Part shown: positions 15,990 through 25,291 of the stretch, piece by piece | Numbering within the stretch: position 1 is the stretch's first letter | Layout of the letters: every line of letters begins with the position of its first letter | Source of the DNA: an uncultured Pseudomonadales bacterium | GTDB taxonomy: Bacteria > Patescibacteriota > Microgenomatia > UBA1400 > PJMF01 | DNA: 64,000 nt | Reading direction: 5' to 3' | Assembly (NCBI GenBank): GCA_964511345.1 | Contig: CAZEEV010000002.1 | Location: 66,770-130,769 of the forward strand | Notes under the pieces: model-generated | The model's input: only the letters and a program-made list of their open reading frames with translations | Database searches by the model: none | Told to the model about the DNA's origin: nothing | Program-made: the position numbers and the translations under genes

Positions 15990-18140
15990 CTATTTTGGTG
16001 GCTGATAATCATCAATATTGTAAACACCGTGTTGATCTGGTTGAAGAGCTTTTTCTTCTGATTCTCCAAAGATAGTCTTGATTTTAAACTCATTTTTTTG
16101 ATCTGCTTTAAGTGCTTGATCTGCTTTTTTGGTAGAATTTTCCAAAAGATCTTCTTCAATTTTTACGTCAGTACCTTGCCAAGGCATTTTAGTTGTTATT
16201 TGATCATTCTGATTTTTCTTAAAATCAAGACTGTTTTCTAAACGACGTTTTTTCAACTCTCTTACTTTTTGGTAACTTTCATAGCTTTCAGTTCTGAGAC
16301 TAGCTTCAGCGCTAAGGGCTTTTTTAGTCTCAATTTCATCTTTTTTCTTCAAAATTTCTTCTGGATTAGTAGTGATAACCTCGTGTTCTTCTTGAGAGGC
16401 AATTACCCTAAGTGCGACGTGATTCTGACCAGCAAAAAATATTCCTTCGCCAACATCTGAGGAAACCAATAGCTGTCTCTCACCTTCAGAAAGATAGAAA
16501 ACCTGAGTGAGAATTGGAATAGAAGCTGTGGACTGCTTCATTAAAAATTGAATAGAAGCGTTGGAAACAATGGCTTTGCCATAATCATTGCGCAAGAAAT
16601 CTTCCACGTCTTGAGTAATAGTGGTAATACCTAAATAATATTTACGAGCTCTTTTAACCATCGAATACACAAAAGCGGCACTATCAGGGTGCATCATAAA
16701 GTACCAAGCTTCATCAATAACTAAAATGCGTCTCTTCAAGTTCTTTTTTATTCTTGTCCAGATGAAATCAAGAATGACGTACATGGCAATTGGTCGCAAC
16801 GATTCTTCCATTTCTTTAACCGAAAAAACCGTAAATTGAGAACTAATGTCAATGTTGGAAGCTTGATTAAAAATTCCTCTAAAAGAACCAGTAATAAACT
16901 TTTCTAAGCGAGCTGCTAAATCATCACTTTCTTCTCTTTCCATGCCAATTAAAGTTTTATACAAATCTTCCATAAGTGGAGGAGTGTTCTTTTGTGTAGC
17001 TGGATCCGGCGTAATACCCTTGGATTTATAAGCGGCAATAATAGCACGATCGAGTAAGGCTTCTTGCTGAGGAGTCATTTCTCCAAGCATAACTTTTAGA
17101 AGTCCGTGAATGGAGAGAATTTTTTGCCCCAATTCATTTTCACCTTCTTCATAAATGCTAGATAAATCAAAAGGATTGATTTTAGCCTCTGAGCCAAAAG
17201 TGAAGTTAATATATTCGCCACCAACCATTTTACAAAGTTCTTCATACTCATGTTCTGGATCAAGCACAATTACTTCAGCATCAAACATTAGTTGACGCAA
17301 AATTTCCAACTTAACAGTGTAGGATTTACCAGCGCCAGACTTGGCAAATATTACCATATTGGCATTTTCCATTTTGAAACGATCAAAAATGACTAAGGAA
17401 TCATTGTGTTCATTAATTCCATAGACGATGCCGGTTTCCATGGTTAATTCAGAAGAGGTAAAAGGAAAAGTGGTGGCTAGAGAAGTAGTGTCCATATTTC
17501 TTACCACTGATAGGCGATCGACGCCCATGGGCAAAGTGGTTTTGAAGCCTTCATCCATTTGTAGAGCGGATTTTTTAGAGACGATCATTAAAGCCCCTAA
17601 AGTTCCCTGAATACTTTTAGTAATCTTGTCCAGCATTTCTTTGCTATCTGCCCTAACCGTAACATACAGGCCAAATTGGAAAAATCTTTCCGAACCAGCA
17701 GCCAGTTGTTCTCTCATGGTTCTGGCGTCGTTTAATTTGATTTCAGTATTAATATTACTGATTTTCCCAGATCTAATATCTGAAGTAATTTCTGCCTCCA
17801 TTTCAGTAATTTTTCTTTTCAAATTGTCTAAGATGTCACCAGTGTCAGACGGGAAAATAAACATTGAAATGTTAGCTTGATACGGATAATTGATTAAAGG
17901 AGATAGCCAGTTGGCTGGCACAGCTCTTGGATAGCCAGCAATAAATAAAGTACGAGTGTAAGTGGAATTGATTTTTTGGTAAGTAAAGTCAACCTCAATA
18001 GCTTCTGGAGCAATAATGTCTTGGATGGTTACTAGGCCACGAGAAAATTCGCTCAATTTTTCTTGAGTGTATTCTTCGACATTGATTTTGTTCTGATCGG
18101 TCGAAACAGTTGGTTTTTTCTTTCCAAAAAAATTTAACAT
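15990..18140 (-). CDS. virB4: VirB4-family (conjugation-type) ATPase
   Basis: Walker A AKSGAGKS, LDPEHEY, INPFD, Walker B LVIDEAW, KRARKY, ITQ; downstream of a PrgI-like gene. Confidence 0.88.
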   Translation of the reverse strand: MLNFFGKKKPTVSTDQNKINVEEYTQEKLSEFSRGLVTIQDIIAPEAIEVDFTYQKINSTYTRTLFIAGYPRAVPANWLSPLINYPYQANISMFIFPSDTGDILDNLKRKITEMEAEITSDIRSGKISNINTEIKLNDARTMREQLAAGSERFFQFGLYVTVRADSKEMLDKITKSIQGTLGALMIVSKKSALQMDEGFKTTLPMGVDRLSVVRNMDTTSLATTFPFTSSELTMETGIVYGINEHNDSLVIFDRFKMENANMVIFAKSGAGKSYTVKLEILRQLMFDAEVIVLDPEHEYEELCKMVGGEYINFTFGSEAKINPFDLSSIYEEGENELGQKILSIHGLLKVMLGEMTPQQEALLDRAIIAAYKSKGITPDPATQKNTPPLMEDLYKTLIGMEREESDDLAARLEKFITGSFRGIFNQASNIDISSQFTVFSVKEMEESLRPIAMYVILDFIWTRIKKNLKRRILVIDEAWYFMMHPDSAAFVYSMVKRARKYYLGITTITQDVEDFLRNDYGKAIVSNASIQFLMKQSTASIPILTQVFYLSEGERQLLVSSDVGEGIFFAGQNHVALRVIASQEEHEVITTNPEEILKKKDEIETKKALSAEASLRTESYESYQKVRELKKRRLENSLDFKKNQNDQITTKMPWQGTDVKIEEDLLENSTKKADQALKADQKNEFKIKTIFGESEEKALQPDQHGVYNIDDYQPPK

Positions 18141-18146
18141 ATTACA

Positions 18147-19517
18147 TTATAATTTGTTTGAAGTGTCTTGACTTTCTTCCGTAGTTGCTTGCTCTGGAAC
18201 TTGTTCAAACTGACTCTGTAAAGGAGCAATTTCTTCTGTAAAATCATTCTGTTCTTGAATTGGAGCTAGTCCTGGATTAGGTTCTGAAGTTGGCACTGGC
18301 GCTGATTCCAACTCTCGTTTCGCCTCCGATGTCGCCTCCGACGTCGTCGGTTCTGGAACAAGATTTGAATTTAAAGTCAAATTTACATCAGGAGACTGAC
18401 TTGGTTCTAAAGTTGTATTTAGAATCGACTCAGTAGTTGGTTCAGCAATTGGTTTGATGGTTGGCGTTGGTTCTAAAACAAGCTCAGGAGCTGGAACTTG
18501 ATTTATTGTTGTGTCTGGCACAGCTTCTAATATTGTAGCCTGAGTAGAATCAGCGGTGAAGTTTGGTGTTAAAACTGGCGCAGATTCTGGCGCAACTGTT
18601 AATTCTGGAATGGAATTTTGTTCCGAGTTCATCTCTGGAGCGATGATTGGACTACTATTAATAGTTGGGTCAGCATCAATAATTTGGTTGGCGTCAGTAG
18701 TTCGGTTAATATCAATATTACTATTAGGAATAGTGGATTCAATGTGGGCAACAATGGGTTCGGTGCTAGTAACAGTGGAACTCGGAGCTTCGCCGGTGAG
18801 CATTTCTTGAGGTGTTGGGTTTTGCATAATTTTTTCTCCAAAACTCGCCCTAACTAGGGAAGTCGTGTAATTTTCATTATTGCTGATTTCTTGTCCCTCA
18901 GCAGCTTCGGGATTGTAATTGATATAAAAATTTTGAATGATTTCTTGAGTGTTTAATTGTCTAGTGTAAAGTCCAAGACGATTAAATTGAGAGATTAGAT
19001 GATCTCGGCGAGGTTCTAGCAAATTGGCGGCTTTTTCCAAAATAATACTTTTTTCAATAGTATTGATGTCAAAAGTAGTTTTTCCAGGCAAAACATTAGT
19101 AGGGGTAATTAAACCCATCTCGGCTGGACTGGCGGGAATTGTAACGTAAAAACGTTTTTCCAAAACATTTCTTTCTTTAATTAAAGTAGCAACAAAATCA
19201 CGATATTGTTTAATAAGATTGGCTTTTCTATCCGAGCTGGCTTTTTGTATTTGCTCATCAAGCAAGCGCAGGTATTTAGTAACGTCTTTGGTTTGTGATT
19301 GAATGCTAATTTGGATAGGGTAGTTAAGAGAATTAAGTAAAGACCCATAGGTAAACATAATGGCGTCTTGTTCTTGCTCAGCTAGAAGACTGAAATTCAT
19401 TGTGCCGACCTGGAGGATAATGGAGGCGGTACCATCTTTGAGAAGAATAGTATTATTAACAATGTCGTAAACATCAAGAAATTCTTGCGTAGTGGAACTA
19501 ATGACTTTTTCGCTCAT
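18147..19517 (-). CDS. T4SS-associated protein (VirB4 N-terminal-like domain plus Pro/Glu/Thr-rich disordered tail)
   Basis: STTQEFLDVYDI, NFSLLAEQEQDAI, LNSLNYPIQI; lies between prgI and virB4; low-complexity C-terminal half. Confidence 0.65.
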   Translation of the reverse strand: MSEKVISSTTQEFLDVYDIVNNTILLKDGTASIILQVGTMNFSLLAEQEQDAIMFTYGSLLNSLNYPIQISIQSQTKDVTKYLRLLDEQIQKASSDRKANLIKQYRDFVATLIKERNVLEKRFYVTIPASPAEMGLITPTNVLPGKTTFDINTIEKSIILEKAANLLEPRRDHLISQFNRLGLYTRQLNTQEIIQNFYINYNPEAAEGQEISNNENYTTSLVRASFGEKIMQNPTPQEMLTGEAPSSTVTSTEPIVAHIESTIPNSNIDINRTTDANQIIDADPTINSSPIIAPEMNSEQNSIPELTVAPESAPVLTPNFTADSTQATILEAVPDTTINQVPAPELVLEPTPTIKPIAEPTTESILNTTLEPSQSPDVNLTLNSNLVPEPTTSEATSEAKRELESAPVPTSEPNPGLAPIQEQNDFTEEIAPLQSQFEQVPEQATTEESQDTSNKL

Positions 19518-19542
19518 GAGCTGAGATATAGTGTACTAAATT

Positions 19543-20400
19543 TTAGGGCTTGATTACAAGGGGATTGATTTGCTGACCATTCAACTCGACTGTCATTTTT
19601 GGAAAAACGAGATCATCTTTTTCTACAGTGATTTGGTAACTGCCGTTTTCCAAGGGTCGATCGGTCAAGAATTTGCCATCCTGATCACTTTTCAAAACTC
19701 TTACTGTTTGCTGATTTTGATCCTTAATTTCTACGATGGCATGACCAATTTTGTGTTCACTTTTATCAATGATGGTGCCGGCAATTTGGTTTGGCAATAG
19801 CTTTTGTTCTTCACTAATTTCTTTAGGTAGTTTGAGCTTGCGCACTCTAGTTTGTAAATTGGGCTTTTCTTGTTCTGAGTTTTCTATGCTAATTTCACTT
19901 TGTTGCACTTCTACGTTATCAAACTCGTTTAGAACGGCATTGATTTTTTGATTTTCAGCTAAGTCAAATTGATCCTGACTTTTTTCACTGTCGGGAATAC
20001 TTTTGAGATATTCAAAAATACGCTGTTTGCGTGCAGGATTTAAATTAATATCTGGAGCGAAAAAATCTTCGCGAGTAGAGGTGATTTTATAATTAAAAAA
20101 ATCTGGAATTTTATTTGATTTTTTCCAGAAAAACTTAGTAGGTTTATAAATATTTTGGAAAAAAGTTTTGATCCAATGGTCAAGTGGTCTTTCTTCAACT
20201 GGCACAAAAGCAATTGCTGCTCCAAGTCCAACAATAGTAAAAACCAGTGGCCATTTTACGATGCCAATGAGATTTGTTTTATAAATAATGAAAGCCAAGA
20301 CAGCTGCTACGGCTAATTCGGCAAACTGCTTAAGAGTCATGCTTCCTACGAGATGAAACTTATAGTTGGTGATATCTTGCGGAATAGGGTGTTGTTTCAT
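19543..20400 (-). CDS. PrgI (VirB3-like) family protein with a C-terminal carboxypeptidase-regulatory-like beta domain
   Basis: QHPIPQDITNYKFHLVGSMTLKQF, two TMs, EERPLDHW; C-terminal GTIIDK...VEIKD...SDQDGKF...GSYQITVEK. Confidence 0.8.
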   Translation of the reverse strand: MKQHPIPQDITNYKFHLVGSMTLKQFAELAVAAVLAFIIYKTNLIGIVKWPLVFTIVGLGAAIAFVPVEERPLDHWIKTFFQNIYKPTKFFWKKSNKIPDFFNYKITSTREDFFAPDINLNPARKQRIFEYLKSIPDSEKSQDQFDLAENQKINAVLNEFDNVEVQQSEISIENSEQEKPNLQTRVRKLKLPKEISEEQKLLPNQIAGTIIDKSEHKIGHAIVEIKDQNQQTVRVLKSDQDGKFLTDRPLENGSYQITVEKDDLVFPKMTVELNGQQINPLVIKP

Positions 20401-20448
20401 GACTTATTCCATTTTAGCAGAAAAAGCAAAGCCTTGTTTGTGCTAGAC

Positions 20449-21462
20449 TTATTTCTCTATAGCACTGGCTACGGCCGGAGTGATGATTTCTGCCTGAATA
20501 TTGATGCCGGCAGAATTAGTTAGCTTGCCGCGAAATTTGTAAAATGGATAAGCGATCTTTAGATTGCTGTCGTAGCGATATTCAATTTCTACTGAGTACA
20601 AATTAGCCTCATCAATCCAATTCAAATCAATGACCTCAACTATTTCACTGCTAGCATTGATAATAGAAGCATTGCCTTTCTTTATGTTGTTTATCGCTTG
20701 ATTAATAGATATAGCAGGCAATTGTTTGGAAATTTGAAATTCTTGGAAAAAATCACGGAAATTAACTCTTTTTAAATTGTAAAAATTATCAACTCGACAA
20801 AAAAATGGATAATCATTTTGGTTTTCATAAAAAACTTTATAACCATCAAGCTCATAAGTCAGAGGAATTTGTGCAAAAGTAGCTCTATTTTCATCAATTA
20901 TATTTTGCTCAAAGCCAGAATCTAAATAAATAATACTGTCTTTTTGTACCACTAAAGGCACTAATATATTGTATTTGCTATAAAAATTTTGGCAAACTTC
21001 GATAGCTGAGTCAGTGATAATTTTTAAATTGTTTTCACCTTCATTTTTTACTCCACTATTAAAAGTATAATAGTGTTCGTAATTATTTTTTGCTAAAGCA
21101 TGATTCTCACCAAGCCAATAATTTTCTATATTAGAATCTTTGTTTAGTTGATATTCAATAATTAATTTATTAGCCAACTCATCTGCCAAACCAGATGTAT
21201 TTTGAGCTTGGTAAATATTAAAAAATTCTGGAACAGCAATTTCCGTACCGCTAAAATCAATTTTTTTAAAAGTGCTTTGAGTGTTGTCATAATTATTAAC
21301 AACAAAGTCATTAGCAATGATTTTCTCTTCGACGGGTGTGATAATTTTGAAAATAACTGATAGAAGTAAAGCTCCTAGTATTAAAATCCCCAAAAATAAA
21401 AGAAAATTATTTTTTTTCTTTACGGGTTGATTTGTTTTAGGTGTGCTGTTGTTCATAATCAA
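20449..21462 (-). CDS. Hypothetical membrane-anchored protein
   Basis: Basic N-terminus, one TM and a beta-rich extracellular region; co-oriented in the T4SS cluster. Confidence 0.7.
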   Translation of the reverse strand: MIMNNSTPKTNQPVKKKNNFLLFLGILILGALLLSVIFKIITPVEEKIIANDFVVNNYDNTQSTFKKIDFSGTEIAVPEFFNIYQAQNTSGLADELANKLIIEYQLNKDSNIENYWLGENHALAKNNYEHYYTFNSGVKNEGENNLKIITDSAIEVCQNFYSKYNILVPLVVQKDSIIYLDSGFEQNIIDENRATFAQIPLTYELDGYKVFYENQNDYPFFCRVDNFYNLKRVNFRDFFQEFQISKQLPAISINQAINNIKKGNASIINASSEIVEVIDLNWIDEANLYSVEIEYRYDSNLKIAYPFYKFRGKLTNSAGINIQAEIITPAVASAIEK

Positions 21463-21468
21463 AAATAA

Positions 21469-24400
21469 TTAATAACAAGTCGTCACGCCCTGTCCATATT
21501 TTGGAGGATAGTTGCCGCCATCATCTTCTGGTACAAGGGTTTCAATAATAGAAAGTCCTGGATTATTAGCCATATAGAAAACTCCGTTATGAGCAGCTCC
21601 GTAATGCAGATGAACTCCATCTGAAAACCCCTTATTGCCCATTAAGCCAATCATAAACCCAGCCTCGACCTGCATACATTGATTCGGAGTGCTCAAACTA
21701 GGGTTCGGTTCTTCGAAGTGTAAAAACTGTATCTTTTGCGTTGTGCCGCCATTTTCGAAACTTAACACATAAAAACATCCCTCGCTTCCTCCACATCCCC
21801 CAAAACATAGATTTCCATCAAATGGAACATAAACTGGAGGACCGTAAAGTGCAGCCTCACCGCAACCGTTACAACCAATATCATAAGCATCCATAAAACT
21901 TAGGCCCGGTGGTTTGGAATGAGAATAATCACCATAAGGCATTTGAGATATGTGACCAGTAGCTGGCCAACACCCTGCGTCGCCTCCGCATTCACCCAAA
22001 CAAACCCTAGCGGCCGTAATGACGTTATCTGTGCCTGCCATGAAAGAATTTTGATAATAAAAATTTACCTCAATAGTGTTAAGAATAGCAGTGTTGTTGT
22101 AGTTACTACTCAGATCATCCAGGGTGTAAGTAAAAGTTAGGCTTTCTCCAGCTGGAATAATGATAAATTCGCCACCTCCAGTTTGAAAACTTGCTTCTGC
22201 AGCATCGGCATCAGTTTCTTCCTCATTTCCTGGCGCGTAACTGAGAAGGGGAGATATTTTTAGAGGCTCGCTGCTAAGCCCAACTTGTTCTTTGATGAGA
22301 TTTTGAAAATAATCGAAACCCAACTCTTTACTGCTGTCTATGCTGGGCATGGCTTGTCCGCTTTCTTCCCAACCTTTAGAACTTTGACCAAATTTAATTT
22401 GATCTTTAATATTGCTAATCTGTAAAGAAAAATCTTCTTTTGGTTTAATGGTGACGGTATATTCGATGGAAAGCGGAAATGAAGGTGAAGTACACTTAGC
22501 ACCTTCATTTTCTAAACCAATACAGCCTTTGGTGATTTTAGCTGTCTTTTCAATCGAAGCATACTTGGAGGTTTTTTCAATTGAATTGGTAATTTCTGAT
22601 TCACTAATTGGAAAATCCGTCAAAAAAGCTGAATTAAGACTGGCTTGTTGAAGAATAAAAAACAAAGCCGTGGTGCCAAAAGCAGCAGCTACTGCTTGGC
22701 TGGCAGTAACCATAGCTGAAGATGCAAATTGACTAAAAAAACCTCCGTTAGTTGGTGTTGTTTGAGAGATCACTTTGCTTTGGTTTTGTAAAGTTGCCTG
22801 ACCTCCAACGGGGGTCTGTGTGATTGTGGCTCCGCTGGCTCCACCAATAGTGTGAGTTGCCTTGCCAGCTCCCCAAATAGCATTTTTAGCACCACCACCC
22901 CCTCCGAAAATATTACGGAAAAACAAGACAGCTGGTAAAGCTAAAATTAGCCATGGTAGCATAGCTGCCAGCGCAGCAAAAATGGCACCTAGTACCAGGA
23001 TTGGCCAATTTTTTTTGACCCACTCTAGAACTTTTTCTAAACCCATTTCTATCAACTGTTCTTTGAGTTTTTTAATGATAGGCGCAGCAGCCTCTGCTGC
23101 TTTCAAAGCTTGACCCCAACCACCAGCTGCATCCAAAGCCATATAGAGGCCCTGGCTCAATGCTTTAGTGGCGAGTTTTTTACCTTGCTGACCAAGAGCA
23201 CTGTCCATCAAGCCAGTGCCTTGATAATTTCCTTGTGGATTGAAGGCTTGCTGCATGAAACCGCCACCATTAGCGTCAAAAGCACCCTCGCCAAAATTCT
23301 CTGCCATCTGCAGCATGTAGAGATCCATGGGATTGATCTGCGGGGCAATCTGATCTTGGAAAGTAACAATGTCGTATGTTTCATAGGTGACGCCAGGATT
23401 GTAGAACTCAAAGTAAATTTTGAGAGTGCTTTGTTGTTCGGCGCCAGATAATTTGCTTAATTCTTGGGTCAAAAATTTTTCTAATAGAGCCGCTTGCTGG
23501 CTTTGCCACTCTTGCATTTCTTGACTGCTTGCTCCGACTCTGCCATATAACTCATTGGTAATTTGTCCACCACCATAAGTCAAATTAAGAATGCCTAGGT
23601 TACGTAATTGAGCAAGTTTTTGTGGATCTTTTTGGATTTCTGCTAGTAATTTCTGAGCCTCTTCTGGAGTATATTTTTCAAGAGCGATTTCTTGACGAAC
23701 CTCTAGCGACCAAAGAGCTCGCTTACGTTTCCAATAGAAAATAATTAGATTGGCAAGTTCTTCTTTGTGAGCATCAAAAGCAGCTTTGTCTAGACTATTA
23801 CCAAAAATGTTAACAAATCTGTTGTAATCAAAATTTTTTGGATCGGAAATTAAAAATTCTGGCGGAAGGCCTTGCTGAATAAAAACTTCAATCAGCGGGC
23901 GCACATTGTCTATAACCAATTTTATTCTAGAATTGTCTTGATAACCAGTAATTTCTGCGATTTTTTTGGAAAAAACCTCATCTAGGTATTGTTCGTTGCC
24001 AACGACATTGAGTTCTGATTCAATCGCTTTGACAAAGTTTGGGTCAACTTTGCTTTCTTCGATCATTTGTTGAGCTGTTTCACTGTTTAAGTTTTCGTCT
24101 TTAGATTTTTCATTTTCTCGTAGCTTCTGCTCGCCATATTTAGCGATGTCGCGCACCGCGCTATTGAGCAAATTCAGGCCATAGACATCCATTAATAAGC
24201 CAAAAGCTGCCTGATTACTAAAATTAATTCTTTGTGATGGATCACTGATTAATTTATCCAGGGAAAATTGTCCTGTGAGGAGCAAATTTTCTACCTGTGA
24301 AAAAGCCCGATCCATTAATTTTTGTCTGATAGCTAATGGCAATTGGTCGAAGGTGACAACTGTACCAGGTGGCAAACCAATTTTTGCCAGCGAAGCCTCA

Positions 24401-25188
24401 TTAAAATATTTGCTTAAAGCTTGATTAATAGTGATAATCGAAAGCGATTGAAGATAAAGTCTGGATTGAGGATCGAGCTCAGCGATTTTGAGAGGGGCTT
24501 TGTCGTCTGGAGGCTTTTGATCTTTATTTCTTTGGGTTTCTTGTTTTTTATGGTCTTGATCTTGCTGTTTTTTATCTTTATCTGTTTGTGGTATAGGTAA
24601 ACCAAAACCTCCACCTCCATCACCGCTAGAACTAACTTCATCTTGTTTTTCTTCCTCAATTTTTAGTTCTTCAGAACCAATACTTGGTTTGAGAATTAGA
24701 TAAATTAACTTAATTCTATCAACGATTCTTCTTGAATAATCAAAGTATTCAATTTTTTGCAATTCTTCTACGGTAATTTTTTCACTGGCTGGATTGACAC
24801 CAATGAGTGTAAATGTACTACCTAATTTATCCAATTCTTGTCGCTGGACTGAATCCAAAGAAATGTTTTTACTACTCAGTGAAGTGCGGATTTGCTCGAT
24901 AAAATTAACTAGATCAGAAAGAAATAAGTATGGAACTTTACCTCTTGGCGGAGCAACGCCATCTAAAATGTCTTGAGCAGTGCTTAAATCAAACTCTCCT
25001 CCATAGCTAAAACCCTCAATGGCAAATTCACCCTTAACTTTTTTGTCACCAGCTGATTCGGCGTAAAAATTAGTAATCCAATTGGCACTTTTCTGCAAAA
25101 TTTCATTGATTTGTACAGCACTAAGACTATCGACGCCAGCTAATTTTTTTAGCTCAATTCGAGTATTTTGATTAATGTCTTCTGGCAT
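21469..25188 (-). CDS. Large membrane protein with a C-terminal M23 peptidase domain
   Basis: About 725-aa helical N-terminus, TM segments, then CWPATGHISQ, AYDIG, FLHF, IGLMGNKGFSDGVHLHY. Confidence 0.8.
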   Translation of the reverse strand: MPEDINQNTRIELKKLAGVDSLSAVQINEILQKSANWITNFYAESAGDKKVKGEFAIEGFSYGGEFDLSTAQDILDGVAPPRGKVPYLFLSDLVNFIEQIRTSLSSKNISLDSVQRQELDKLGSTFTLIGVNPASEKITVEELQKIEYFDYSRRIVDRIKLIYLILKPSIGSEELKIEEEKQDEVSSSGDGGGGFGLPIPQTDKDKKQQDQDHKKQETQRNKDQKPPDDKAPLKIAELDPQSRLYLQSLSIITINQALSKYFNEASLAKIGLPPGTVVTFDQLPLAIRQKLMDRAFSQVENLLLTGQFSLDKLISDPSQRINFSNQAAFGLLMDVYGLNLLNSAVRDIAKYGEQKLRENEKSKDENLNSETAQQMIEESKVDPNFVKAIESELNVVGNEQYLDEVFSKKIAEITGYQDNSRIKLVIDNVRPLIEVFIQQGLPPEFLISDPKNFDYNRFVNIFGNSLDKAAFDAHKEELANLIIFYWKRKRALWSLEVRQEIALEKYTPEEAQKLLAEIQKDPQKLAQLRNLGILNLTYGGGQITNELYGRVGASSQEMQEWQSQQAALLEKFLTQELSKLSGAEQQSTLKIYFEFYNPGVTYETYDIVTFQDQIAPQINPMDLYMLQMAENFGEGAFDANGGGFMQQAFNPQGNYQGTGLMDSALGQQGKKLATKALSQGLYMALDAAGGWGQALKAAEAAAPIIKKLKEQLIEMGLEKVLEWVKKNWPILVLGAIFAALAAMLPWLILALPAVLFFRNIFGGGGGAKNAIWGAGKATHTIGGASGATITQTPVGGQATLQNQSKVISQTTPTNGGFFSQFASSAMVTASQAVAAAFGTTALFFILQQASLNSAFLTDFPISESEITNSIEKTSKYASIEKTAKITKGCIGLENEGAKCTSPSFPLSIEYTVTIKPKEDFSLQISNIKDQIKFGQSSKGWEESGQAMPSIDSSKELGFDYFQNLIKEQVGLSSEPLKISPLLSYAPGNEEETDADAAEASFQTGGGEFIIIPAGESLTFTYTLDDLSSNYNNTAILNTIEVNFYYQNSFMAGTDNVITAARVCLGECGGDAGCWPATGHISQMPYGDYSHSKPPGLSFMDAYDIGCNGCGEAALYGPPVYVPFDGNLCFGGCGGSEGCFYVLSFENGGTTQKIQFLHFEEPNPSLSTPNQCMQVEAGFMIGLMGNKGFSDGVHLHYGAAHNGVFYMANNPGLSIIETLVPEDDGGNYPPKYGQGVTTCY

Positions 25189-25291
25189 TGATTGACTTTA
25201 TTATAACTTGGCAATTAATTAGTTAAAAGCTCAATAGGATTTTAATTTATTGCTCTTGGCTTTTGCTAATATTTTGCATAAAATAGTAGCT

